Assembly: GCA_029856125.1 (NCBI GenBank)
Contig: JAHQWJ010000051.1
Coordinates: 1 to 39,866, forward strand
Length of the DNA stretch: 39,866 nucleotides
DNA from: Promethearchaeia archaeon
GTDB lineage: Archaea; Asgardarchaeota; Lokiarchaeia; Sigyniarchaeales; SOKP01
Direction: 5' to 3'
A program made the position numbers and the translations under genes. Positions 18,285 through 26,972 of this stretch are shown here, piece after piece (the first letter of the stretch is position 1; each line of letters starts with the position of its first letter). A model generated the notes under the pieces. That model ran no database searches. It was given only the letters and a program-made list of their open reading frames with translations, and was not told where the DNA came from.

Positions 18285-19307
18285 TTAGGAGATATTTACA
18301 GATAAATTTTTTAATATTTCTTCCGCTTTTTTTGAGAAACCCGTTATAATATCGCCAACATCCATTATGGAATCTATCATTCCACAAGTTTGCCCCACAG
18401 GTATAGCTCCATTTTCAACATCTCCTTGAGTATATACGATTTCGTAGCGATGAAGATCTTCTAGAAATGCGTCCATATCTAATGCTAATTCTTGAGCCAT
18501 TTTCTCTTCTTTTGTGATGATTTTTCCATGTTCAAGGCAATATTTATTTTTCAATAACCTAATCGGGCCAAATCCGCCAGTGGTGAGCATAGTATCTCGA
18601 GCTGTTGCTGGTGGAATTAATGCTTTGTAATTTGGGTGAAACTCGCTTTCAGTAGAGGCGATAAACCGCGTCCCCATAGCTACTGCATCTGCTCCCATAG
18701 CTAATCCTGCTGCTACACTTTCCGGAGTTGCGATACCTCCACAGGCAACTAACAGTTTTTCAGGATATTTTTGAGCCACTTGTGAAACGAGAACCATTGT
18801 AGTAATTCCTTCATAGCTCTGATGACCGCCCCCTTCAGTTCCCGTCGCACATACGCCATCACAGCCCGCTGCAAATGATTTATCTACTAACCATAAAGCA
18901 GGAGAGACGTGAAAATGTTTTACATCTGGAGTTTTTTCTTTCAACAACTTACTCGCAAATTTTGAACCTCCTGCGCTCGTAATAATGTAAACTAATTGTT
19001 CGCGAAGTTTTGGATTCTGCTTAATATTTTGAATAATTTTCCTTAACATTATTTTATGATCGGTTTGTACTCGAGCTGTTCTAACATTTACACCAAACGG
19101 TTTATCAGTGTGTTCAAGCACATATTCTAATTGTGCAATCATGTCTTTAACAGAATTTTTCCCCCGTAAAGTCGCATGACTTAACACACCAAGTCCTCCT
19201 ACTTCAGAAACGGCAACCGTTAACTTAGTGGTGTAAAAAGGTCCCATCGGAGCGCTTATAATTGGATATTTAATCCCAAATAATTCAGTTAATCTTGTTT
19301 TTATCAT
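18285..19307 (-). CDS. nitronate monooxygenase / FabK-like FMN enoyl-thioester reductase
   Basis: TRLTELFGIKYPIISAPM, TDKPFGVN, GTEGGGH, ACGGIA, MGADAVAMGTRF, GQTCGMI motifs. Confidence 0.9.
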   Translation of the reverse strand: MIKTRLTELFGIKYPIISAPMGPFYTTKLTVAVSEVGGLGVLSHATLRGKNSVKDMIAQLEYVLEHTDKPFGVNVRTARVQTDHKIMLRKIIQNIKQNPKLREQLVYIITSAGGSKFASKLLKEKTPDVKHFHVSPALWLVDKSFAAGCDGVCATGTEGGGHQSYEGITTMVLVSQVAQKYPEKLLVACGGIATPESVAAGLAMGADAVAMGTRFIASTESEFHPNYKALIPPATARDTMLTTGGFGPIRLLKNKYCLEHGKIITKEEKMAQELALDMDAFLEDLHRYEIVYTQGDVENGAIPVGQTCGMIDSIMDVGDIITGFSKKAEEILKNLSVNIS

Positions 19308-19421
19308 CTTCTTCCCTAAATAGATTTCATTATATGATAGTTAATACTACCCTTTTGGGATTAAAAAATCTTTTTTATATCTCTATAAAATTGTATAAAA
19401 TTAGTAAAAAATATTTTGAGG

Positions 19422-19460
19422 AATAAAACGAATGTTCTTTATTATAGAATCCGTAAAATC
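19422..19460 (+). repeat. dispersed intergenic element, copy 3 (partial)
   Basis: GAATCCGTAAAATC at 19447-19460 is identical to 11507-11520; AACG-N4-TTC upstream as in copy 1. Confidence 0.5.
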
Positions 19461-19583
19461 AAACAATTTAATTTTTAAAGGCGTTTTAATCAATTTTTAT
19501 TTAAAATTAAATTTAGAATTGTTTATGTCTTCCTCTCTAACAATAAAGATGCTTGAATCTGAATGTTAACAAGTTTATTAAAA

Positions 19584-20099
19584 CTATTTTTTTATGTAAT
19601 CGGTTTGAGAAACAGTGATGTTTGTAACGCTTCCATTGGGAGTTAAATTAGAGTATTGCGCCACTGCTTCCTTCTTTGTATACTTTTCAATCATAGCTGT
19701 CATAACCATGGCCATTGGACACACCCCTATGTTACCTGCAACTGTATGAGCAGATTTCGCCATGAAACAATTATTCAAGGAAAAAACATACGAGCCATCT
19801 GCTCTTTTCTTAAGAGAAGCGTTTTCAACCAATAAGGAAGTTTTTAATAACTTTATGAATCTTTTCCCAAAATCCTCAATATTTTCTCCTACTATTGGTT
19901 CAATACCCAATTTTTCAGTTGTGTCCATAGACTCTTTAATTGCGGGAAATATGTAATCAGTGTATCCAATTTTTCCTAAAGTCTCGTCAATACAAGATTG
20001 AAGAGTAAAAACCCCCACGTGAAATAAACCTGAGACAAATCCAAACTCCTTTGGCATCATTTTATCCATTAATTTGCGCTTTAATCCTATTTTTTTCAC
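19584..20099 (-). CDS. V4R / MetOD1-like (HNOX/Bet3-superfamily-type fold) protein
   Basis: helical N-terminal half, then YVFSLNNCFMA...GVCPMAMVMTAMIEK...NGSVTNITV, the beta-C...C-helix-beta-beta pattern of V4R/MetOD1; start may be ATG 20069. Confidence 0.55.
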   Translation of the reverse strand: MKKIGLKRKLMDKMMPKEFGFVSGLFHVGVFTLQSCIDETLGKIGYTDYIFPAIKESMDTTEKLGIEPIVGENIEDFGKRFIKLLKTSLLVENASLKKRADGSYVFSLNNCFMAKSAHTVAGNIGVCPMAMVMTAMIEKYTKKEAVAQYSNLTPNGSVTNITVSQTDYIKK

Positions 20100-20117
20100 C
20101 TTTTTGAATTTCTTAAT

Positions 20118-20435
20118 TTATACATTATTCCAAACACTATTAAAGATTTCTTGAGTTTTTTCAATAATTGTATTATGTTCTATTACTTTTGTCATAGGAA
20201 ATAAGATCATTATATACTTGTGTTCCCTTTTTGAGATTGAAATCAATTTATTTTCTGAACTAATAACAATGCTATTTACTTCCCCTGCTTCAAATTCATT
20301 TGAAAATTTTTTAACTAAATTTATTAACATTCCTCCAAGTGAGATCTGACGAGGCGAAGAGAATTTAGGAGGAACTTCGGAAAAAACAATTTTTCCTAGT
20401 AATTCATCAAATACAATAACTCCGTCTGCTTGCAC
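20118..20435 (-). CDS. stand-alone roadblock/longin-like domain; paralogue of the C-terminal domain of 21123-21938
   Basis: 54 of 97 residues identical in an ungapped hand alignment with the domain starting at 21458; GTG start with GGAGG upstream. Confidence 0.75.
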   Translation of the reverse strand: MQADGVIVFDELLGKIVFSEVPPKFSSPRQISLGGMLINLVKKFSNEFEAGEVNSIVISSENKLISISKREHKYIMILFPMTKVIEHNTIIEKTQEIFNSVWNNV

Positions 20436-20539
20436 TTTAGTTTTAGTTCCTCCAGTTAATTTTAAATTAATTTAATAAATTTTTATTGTGGAAGGATAAT
20501 TCTTTGTGTCTGCATAGTTAAAATTTTGTTAAAAAAATC

Positions 20540-21097
20540 TTATAAATTACTTTTATATTTTTCATATAAATCTCTAATTATTTTTTGGAACGCTTCGGTC
20601 ACCCCTTGATTAGTCTTCGCAGAAGTTCGATAGACTCCAATAATATTTTTCTCTTTAGTGAAGTTTTGAATAAATGCGTCATCTAACTCAGCTTCATTAA
20701 TTAAATCTACTTTATTTGCGAAAATAATAACTGGAATATCACCACAACTCTGTTTAAGGTCCTTATACCAATAATCAATGTGATCGAGACTTTCTTTGCC
20801 ACGATCCTTATCTTCGAGGGAATAAACAATAATTGCAGCTTTACTTTCTTCATAAAAATCAGAGCGTAAAAATTCAAACTCCTTTTGACCAGCAATATCC
20901 CAAAAGTACAATTTACATTCATCTCCATTTATTTTCTCATCATAAAAAGAAAACTGGGCACCTATTGTAGATATATAATCCTCCTCAAAAGTACCCTCAG
21001 TATATTTTTTAATTAGAGATGTTTTTCCAACCCCTCCATCTCCAATTACTGTTATTTTAAATACAAATTTTAAAGGTTTATCATTCATTAGTTTCAA
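20540..21097 (-). CDS. Rab-like small GTPase (Ras superfamily)
   Basis: G1 GDGGVGKTS, G2 YISTIG, G3 WDIAGQ, G4 NKVD, G5 TSAK; no C-terminal Cys prenylation motif; start may be ATG 21088. Confidence 0.95.
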   Translation of the reverse strand: MKLMNDKPLKFVFKITVIGDGGVGKTSLIKKYTEGTFEEDYISTIGAQFSFYDEKINGDECKLYFWDIAGQKEFEFLRSDFYEESKAAIIVYSLEDKDRGKESLDHIDYWYKDLKQSCGDIPVIIFANKVDLINEAELDDAFIQNFTKEKNIIGVYRTSAKTNQGVTEAFQKIIRDLYEKYKSNL

Positions 21098-21122
21098 TCA
21101 AATCCATTCGAATTTACAATTT

Positions 21123-21938
21123 TTATTTTATTAATTTAATCTTTAACATCTTCAAAATGCCATCTAAAATTTCTTCAGTTTTTTCTACAATTATATTAAG
21201 TTCAATATTTTTGGTTTTGGAAAATAAAACAATTATGTAAATATAATCTCTTTTTGAGACGCAAATCCACCGACTCTCTGAAGAGATTAATATACAATTT
21301 ACATCTCCTCCTTGATATTCATATGATAATTTTTTAGCGAAATTTATTAACATTCCACTCATCGAAATTTGTTTTCTAGATGAATATTCTTCTGGAACTT
21401 TAGCAAAAAGAATTTTTTCTTTATCTTCATCAAATAGAATTACTCCTTCAGATTGCATCTTGTAACCAAATTCTTCTAATAAACCTTCAATAAGCGGTTG
21501 TTCCATGAACTGCAGTAAATAGTTGTTAAAGTCTGAGAAGACGGTTATATTTCCATTACGAATAGGGAGGTGATCTTGATATACTTCTAAAAATTTATTT
21601 GATACATTGTTTAGAATATAATCTATTACTTGATTTGGTAAATCGTCATAGCATTGTATGCAAAAAGTAATTTTCTCGAAGCTATTATAAAATAATTTAT
21701 GACCACTCATTATTAAGGATTTAACTACCGTACCTGGAATTAATTTCTCACCAAACTTCTTAATAGCTGTGAAAAATCCAGATACTATATTTTCATTCAT
21801 TTTTTCAGGTTTTATACCACAGCTTGTCAAACAAACACCTGAGTTATCATAAATATAAAGTGATTCAACGTAATTTTCTATTGCTTGTTTTTCCCCTAAC
21901 ACCTCACCCTTATCCACCCTTATATTTCTATCACCCAT
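21123..21938 (-). CDS. longin-like domain fused to a roadblock-like domain
   Basis: LYIYDNSGVCL...IVSGFFTAIKKFG...VKSLIM...LFY...ILNNVSNKFLEVY (longin pattern), then helix-GVILFD...ILF...helix-GDVNCILISS...IIVLF (roadblock pattern). Confidence 0.75.
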   Translation of the reverse strand: MGDRNIRVDKGEVLGEKQAIENYVESLYIYDNSGVCLTSCGIKPEKMNENIVSGFFTAIKKFGEKLIPGTVVKSLIMSGHKLFYNSFEKITFCIQCYDDLPNQVIDYILNNVSNKFLEVYQDHLPIRNGNITVFSDFNNYLLQFMEQPLIEGLLEEFGYKMQSEGVILFDEDKEKILFAKVPEEYSSRKQISMSGMLINFAKKLSYEYQGGDVNCILISSESRWICVSKRDYIYIIVLFSKTKNIELNIIVEKTEEILDGILKMLKIKLIK

Positions 21939-21997
21939 TTTTCTTTAATTTTTAAGAGTAGTCAAATTTTCTACTGTGATTTTGGGAGTTATCTATT

Positions 21998-22207
21998 TTA
22001 TTTTTTATTTAAATCAATATGAGATTTTAATTTAGAATTTTCAGCTTGACATTGGTTTAAATCTTCTTGTAATTTTTGGTTCTGTATAACTGTTTTATTC
22101 GCGTTTAGCAAGGTTTGGTATAATTGACTCTTAGCCTTCTTTAAATCCTTTTCCAAAGTCTTTACATATTGATCTTTATCAGATACATATGGCCATTCCT
22201 CTGTCAT
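21998..22207 (-). CDS. small coiled-coil protein
   Basis: heptad-like LEKDLKKAKSQL...NQKLQEDLNQCQAENSKLK; co-oriented with downstream genes. Confidence 0.7.
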   Translation of the reverse strand: MTEEWPYVSDKDQYVKTLEKDLKKAKSQLYQTLLNANKTVIQNQKLQEDLNQCQAENSKLKSHIDLNKK

Positions 22208-22298
22208 TGAATTTCCCTTCTGAAATTTTATAACCTCTTTTTTTTTACTTTTCTGTATAATCTTACAATTAATACATAATTTTTTTAATACCTAATAT

Positions 22299-22985
22299 TT
22301 ATTTTGGAGATGCTTTTTCTGCTTCAGCTTGTTGAGTAAAATAACCAATAGTGCCACAATTTGTACACTTTTGAGAATTATCATCTAGAAAGACCATTGT
22401 TTTATTGAAACAGGTAGGACAAATGAAGAGTACTTCTTCTATCTTTTCCTCAGGAATTTCTACAATCATATCTATATTTGGAACTATTGGTGTTGTGATA
22501 CAATACATACAAAAACACCTTTTTTTAGTAGCTTCAAGAACCTCATTTAATTTTTCCATAGGTGCGTCACTCTCAACAAATATTTCAAGTGTATAATTCT
22601 CTACAGCAGGAATTTCATCCTCAATCCCAAATCCCGTAGTTAAATCGATATCAGCAACTATTCTGATATCAAGTTTTTTCAATTCAATTCCCGCCATTGC
22701 AGCCCATTTAGCAAAAGCTGCAGAAAAACATCCACAAAAACCAACCATACAATAATGAACCGGATGTACTGCAGTTCCTCCTCCTCCAAGAATTATTGTT
22801 TCATCCGTTTGTACAGTAATTTCCCCAGCTCTTTCTGTTTTCATTATGGTTTCGAATTGTGGTCCATATCCTACGTCTAATCTCCATCTACCTTTTACTT
22901 CTAAGGTTTTTTTGCATTTGGACCGGTCTTTTCTATATTCTTCTTGTACCTTTTTGAAACCGTCTAGGTCAATTCTATTAAGCAT
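22299..22985 (-). CDS. OsmC/Ohr-family protein with C-terminal Zn ribbon
   Basis: DETIILGGGGTAVHPVHYCMVGFCGC, KRCFCMYC, C-terminal CPTC...CTNCG. Confidence 0.85.
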   Translation of the reverse strand: MLNRIDLDGFKKVQEEYRKDRSKCKKTLEVKGRWRLDVGYGPQFETIMKTERAGEITVQTDETIILGGGGTAVHPVHYCMVGFCGCFSAAFAKWAAMAGIELKKLDIRIVADIDLTTGFGIEDEIPAVENYTLEIFVESDAPMEKLNEVLEATKKRCFCMYCITTPIVPNIDMIVEIPEEKIEEVLFICPTCFNKTMVFLDDNSQKCTNCGTIGYFTQQAEAEKASPK

Positions 22986-23051
22986 TAAAGATAGCCACTA
23001 AACATATTACTAAGTTATTTTTAGTACTAAATTAGTTAAACTCTAATATAA

Positions 23052-23095
23052 ATATATGTACTCTTTTGTCGTTTTTGACAAGAATGTACAAATAT
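23052..23095. promoter_or_regulatory. imperfect 19-bp-arm inverted repeat (operator or terminator hairpin)
   Basis: ATATATGTACTCTTTTGTC-gttttt-GACAAGAATGTACAAATAT; lies between the crotonase stop and the osmC start. Confidence 0.45.
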
Positions 23096-23113
23096 GTTTT
23101 ATGATTTTATTAT

Positions 23114-23905
23114 TTAAGTGAATTTCTTATGTAACCCTTTTATAAAATCATCTATGTCTCTTAAGTCTTTAATGCTGTTATCATAAGCCACCTTCCCGCA
23201 CTCATCCTCTAAGTCAAAACACGACTTAATACGACCTTTTTCCATAATAGTTAGCATTGATTTTAGAAAGATTGAGAATTTTGGTTGATATTTACTAATT
23301 TCTTTTGCAAATGCAACGGTTTCTGTGTCCAATTTATCGAATGGAAAAATTCTTGCAGGGAAATTAATATTCTTTAGTTCCTTTAGTCCTATTTTATCCG
23401 CAGTATACAGGACATTTTTCGCATAGTTGAAACCAAAGGCCATTAAAGGCAATAACGTCGCTCCTGTCTGTGGAAATGCTGAAATTGCAAGTTCTGGTAA
23501 CCTTAAATACAATTCTTCTAGTGGCCTGTCTGCAAACACTTTCAAATCAGAAGCTAAAATCAACATAACTCCAAAACCAACAGCAATACCTTGAATTTGC
23601 GCAATTATCGGCTTTTTCATAAGAACCATTGTTTCATTGACCTTTCTCCCCCACTCTTGAATAATAGCAACATTCTTTGGATCACCCTGAATTTCCTTCA
23701 AATCGTAACCCGCAGAAAAGAATCTTTGACCAGTACTTTTTATCAAAACACATCTAACTTTTTCATCGTCATCTGCTCTAATCAACTTCGCGTGTAGAGA
23801 TTTTAACATGTCGCCGTTGAATGAATGTGCTTTTTCTGGTCTGTTAATTGTGATTATTGCGATGCGTCCTCTCAATTCATACAAAATTAAATCTTGATTG
23901 CTCAT
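23114..23905 (-). CDS. crotonase-superfamily enoyl-CoA hydratase/isomerase
   Basis: ITINRPEK, FSAGYDL, KPIIAQIQGIAVGFG, LPE. Confidence 0.92.
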   Translation of the reverse strand: MSNQDLILYELRGRIAIITINRPEKAHSFNGDMLKSLHAKLIRADDDEKVRCVLIKSTGQRFFSAGYDLKEIQGDPKNVAIIQEWGRKVNETMVLMKKPIIAQIQGIAVGFGVMLILASDLKVFADRPLEELYLRLPELAISAFPQTGATLLPLMAFGFNYAKNVLYTADKIGLKELKNINFPARIFPFDKLDTETVAFAKEISKYQPKFSIFLKSMLTIMEKGRIKSCFDLEDECGKVAYDNSIKDLRDIDDFIKGLHKKFT

Positions 23906-24052
23906 ACGATTATTAAATTGAAATTTTATTTAAAAGATATCATTGAAGAACTTAAATTTTATTAGTTACAAATCAAGTTAATTTTAAAAATGGTCGTGTA
24001 AGTGACATAACTATCAATATAACTTTTTAATGATATTGTATTTACGACAAAA

Positions 24053-24763
24053 ATGCGTAATCTGAGGGAGAATCGTATGTATAAATTCTTTCAAGATAAT
24101 GGTGGGTATTTTGCAATTATTGGAACAATATCATTGACACTATCTGTCCTAATATCATTTTTTTTGAACTCTTCTGTTAATCCTAGTTTCAATATAGTAT
24201 CATATGCAGTAAGTGATTTGGTATCTGGACCGATGATCTCAAGTATTATTTATAGTGTAGGATTATTGATTTCGAGCTTTGCTCAAATACCTACATATAT
24301 CTCTTTAATAAATTACTTTAATAATAAGGAGAGTTATATCACTTTATTCAAAGTTACCGTACTCAGTTCCGTTTTTTCAATTATTAGTCATAATATCTTG
24401 AGTTTAGTTCCCTTAGAGAGGAATATTTTGCCGTTATTCCTAACTCATGGGATTGCTGCAGGAATTCACTACGTAGCAGGTTCATTTTCTTTAATTTTAA
24501 TTGGGATAATTGAACATTATAAAATAAAGGTTTCCAAGATTATGGTGATGACGTCATTTATAATTGGGGCTTTATATAGTATAGTTTGGATAAGATATCT
24601 TCTTTCTTTGATGGTTGGAATACCAGAAGTTTTTATGAACCATTCTATACAATGGGTCGCACTCGCTGGGATTATCTTATGGTCGCTAATTCACGGTATA
24701 TTTTTAATCAAAGCTAAAAAGCGAAACCTTGACAAGGCAAAAAATAATGCTAAATCGTTATAA
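24053..24763 (+). CDS. DUF998/Frag1-like membrane protein
   Basis: NPSFNIVSYAVSDL motif, about six TM helices, H...A motif; start may be ATG 24077. Confidence 0.7.
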   Translation: MRNLRENRMYKFFQDNGGYFAIIGTISLTLSVLISFFLNSSVNPSFNIVSYAVSDLVSGPMISSIIYSVGLLISSFAQIPTYISLINYFNNKESYITLFKVTVLSSVFSIISHNILSLVPLERNILPLFLTHGIAAGIHYVAGSFSLILIGIIEHYKIKVSKIMVMTSFIIGALYSIVWIRYLLSLMVGIPEVFMNHSIQWVALAGIILWSLIHGIFLIKAKKRNLDKAKNNAKSL

Positions 24764-24830
24764 CATTAATTAACAAACGAATCTAATATTAAATATATTT
24801 AAAACCGAAATAAACAAAAAACTATTATTA

Positions 24831-26096
24831 GTGAAAAATATGAGGAAAGTTGCTATAGTTGGAATAGGAATAACTCCTTTTAGAGCAAGATATTTGGATA
24901 AAACATATTTCGAGCTCGCTTACGATGCTACAAAACTCGCCTTGGAAGACGCGAACAAAAATGGGGCGGAAATTACCCATAACAATTTAGAATCTACGGT
25001 ATATGGTATATATAACGAGTTATTTGAGCGACAATTCATGCCAGATATCTTTATAAATTCTTACATCGGTATGAACAATAAACCTGGAACTCGAATAGCA
25101 TCTGGGGGCGCTACCGGAGGTTATACCGTGAGAATGGCTTACGCCGAAGTAGCCTCAGGGCTATCTGATCTATGTCTTTGTCTTGGTGTGGAGAAATGTA
25201 ATGATTGTTACGACGAACAGACAGGAGTAACTACTCCAGAAGTTTTGAACGCGATCGCATATTCAGCTGATATGACGTACGAATATCCAATGGGAATGAT
25301 GGCTGCCAGTTCTTATGTTTCAATGGTTAATGCCCATTACGAAGAATTTGGTAATCCAACTGAAGAACAAATGGCATATGTCAGCGTCAAGAATCACGGT
25401 AATGCTCTTTTAAACCCGAAGGCACAATCTCCAATGAAAGTGAGTGTGGAGGATGTTTTAAACTCACGTATCATATGTTTTCCTTTCAAGATGCTTGATT
25501 GTTGCCTTTATTCCGAGGCTTCAGCTGCATTAATTTTAGCAAATGAAGATAAAGTAAAAGAGTTAGGGGTTGAAAATCCTATTTGGATTACGGGGGTTGG
25601 TGCAGCTAACACTGATTGTTTTATAGGAAATCGGGAAGATATGGGGCGGCTATATTCTAACATCTATGCGGCGAAAGCAGCATACAAAATGGCTGGTTTG
25701 GATTATAACAATATTAAGAGCCAAATAGACTTAGCAGAACTACACGACGCATTTTCTGGTCAAGAAGTCATCTCGTATGAAGAGCTTGGATTCGTACCTT
25801 TCGGAGAGGGTGGTCCGTGGATAAAAAAAACGTTCGAAAAACCAGGAGAGGGTCCTTGGTTAGAAGGAGAGCTTCCATGTTGTCCTTCAGGTGGTTTGAT
25901 AGGATGTGGACACGCGGTCGGTGCAACGGGAATTATGAGCACAGGCGAAGCTGCTTTTCAATTAAGAGAAGAAGCGGGTAAGCATCAAGTGCCAATAACT
26001 GAGGGCAGAGCTATATCTCATTCTATTGGAGGTCCTGGTGCAGCTTATGCTGCAATAATAGTAATGGCAAACGAGGAGGGGTTGAAAAAACCATGA
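24831..26096 (+). CDS. SCP2-type thiolase-fold protein lacking the nucleophilic Cys
   Basis: VAIVGIG, KNHGNALLNPKAQ, ELHDAF, GHAVGATG; IASGGATGG at the usual xxCASG position. Confidence 0.9.
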   Translation: MKNMRKVAIVGIGITPFRARYLDKTYFELAYDATKLALEDANKNGAEITHNNLESTVYGIYNELFERQFMPDIFINSYIGMNNKPGTRIASGGATGGYTVRMAYAEVASGLSDLCLCLGVEKCNDCYDEQTGVTTPEVLNAIAYSADMTYEYPMGMMAASSYVSMVNAHYEEFGNPTEEQMAYVSVKNHGNALLNPKAQSPMKVSVEDVLNSRIICFPFKMLDCCLYSEASAALILANEDKVKELGVENPIWITGVGAANTDCFIGNREDMGRLYSNIYAAKAAYKMAGLDYNNIKSQIDLAELHDAFSGQEVISYEELGFVPFGEGGPWIKKTFEKPGEGPWLEGELPCCPSGGLIGCGHAVGATGIMSTGEAAFQLREEAGKHQVPITEGRAISHSIGGPGAAYAAIIVMANEEGLKKP

Positions 26097-26587
26097 GCGA
26101 AGAGTTTCAAGACCATCAAATTCGAGACGTAATAAAGATTAACTACAAATACACGATGGGTGGACAATCAAAGTTTTTTATAGAGTTGAAGAATAATAAG
26201 CGATTATTAGGTACAATGTGTGCAAAATGCGGAAAAACTTGGATGCCACCTAGAATTAATTGCTCAGATTGTTACGAACCTGCAGATTGGGTGGAACTAA
26301 AACAGACTGGAACTATTGAAGTGAGCACTATAGTATGGTATACTACTTCAGCTTTCATTAAAGCAATACCTTACGGAGTTGGGTTTATAAAATTAGATGG
26401 AGCTGAAACCGCGCTACTCCAAGGTATTTTTTCAGAAAATTTGGTTCCTTCAAAAATTAAAAAAGGCAAACGAGTTAAAGCAGTATTTAACAAGGAGAGG
26501 GTAGGGAAAATGACTGACTTCTTTTTCGTTCCAGAGGATGAGTATGATAATTGGATATCAAAAGCAGAATACGAGGGAGGCGTGTAG
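26093..26587 (+). CDS. DUF35 Zn-ribbon/OB-fold acyl-CoA-binding protein
   Basis: CAKCG...PPRINCSDC, GTIEVSTIV, IKLDG, KGKRVKAVF; ATGA overlap with the thiolase. Confidence 0.92.
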   Translation: MSEEFQDHQIRDVIKINYKYTMGGQSKFFIELKNNKRLLGTMCAKCGKTWMPPRINCSDCYEPADWVELKQTGTIEVSTIVWYTTSAFIKAIPYGVGFIKLDGAETALLQGIFSENLVPSKIKKGKRVKAVFNKERVGKMTDFFFVPEDEYDNWISKAEYEGGV

Positions 26588-26589
26588 AA

Positions 26590-26961
26590 ATGGGACAAGC
26601 GGAAGAAAGCTTAATGAAAATCATTGAGAAAATGAATTCGAATCCTAAAGCCCTGGCTGTTTTTATCACCAATGTTGCTGGTAAAAATGTCGATTGGGAA
26701 ATGACATTTCAGTTCAATTTGGATAAAGATGAGCAATTTTTCCTCGATGTTAAAAACCAAGCTGTCAATCTTTCTGAAGGGATAAAATTCGACGCAATGA
26801 TCGTTATGTCAGGCGAATCGAAAGCCATTGAGAGGATTTGTGAAGGGAAGGGTGATTTTACTCATGCAATCTCTCGAGAGCAAATCACTGTTGAAAAGGG
26901 AAAAGTCATGGATGTCATCCGCCTTACAAGAGCTATCACAATTGTGTTAAAATCTAAATAA
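26590..26961 (+). CDS. SCP2 sterol/lipid-carrier domain protein
   Basis: TFQFNL...FFLDVKN...EG...DAMIVM...ICEGKGD...AISREQITVE pattern; ATG 26590 after GGAGG. Confidence 0.75.
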   Translation: MGQAEESLMKIIEKMNSNPKALAVFITNVAGKNVDWEMTFQFNLDKDEQFFLDVKNQAVNLSEGIKFDAMIVMSGESKAIERICEGKGDFTHAISREQITVEKGKVMDVIRLTRAITIVLKSK

Positions 26962-26972
26962 AAAAATTACAC

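Noticed and set aside
20483-20515. Ten-codon ORF MQTQRIILPQ faintly like the start of the roadblock paralogues
   Set aside because: Too short to distinguish from chance.
26551-26589. TTG-start N-terminal extension of the SCP2 ORF; likewise 6866-6952 of the hydrolase
   Set aside because: Downstream ATGs with purine-rich RBS-like sequences fit the domain boundaries better.
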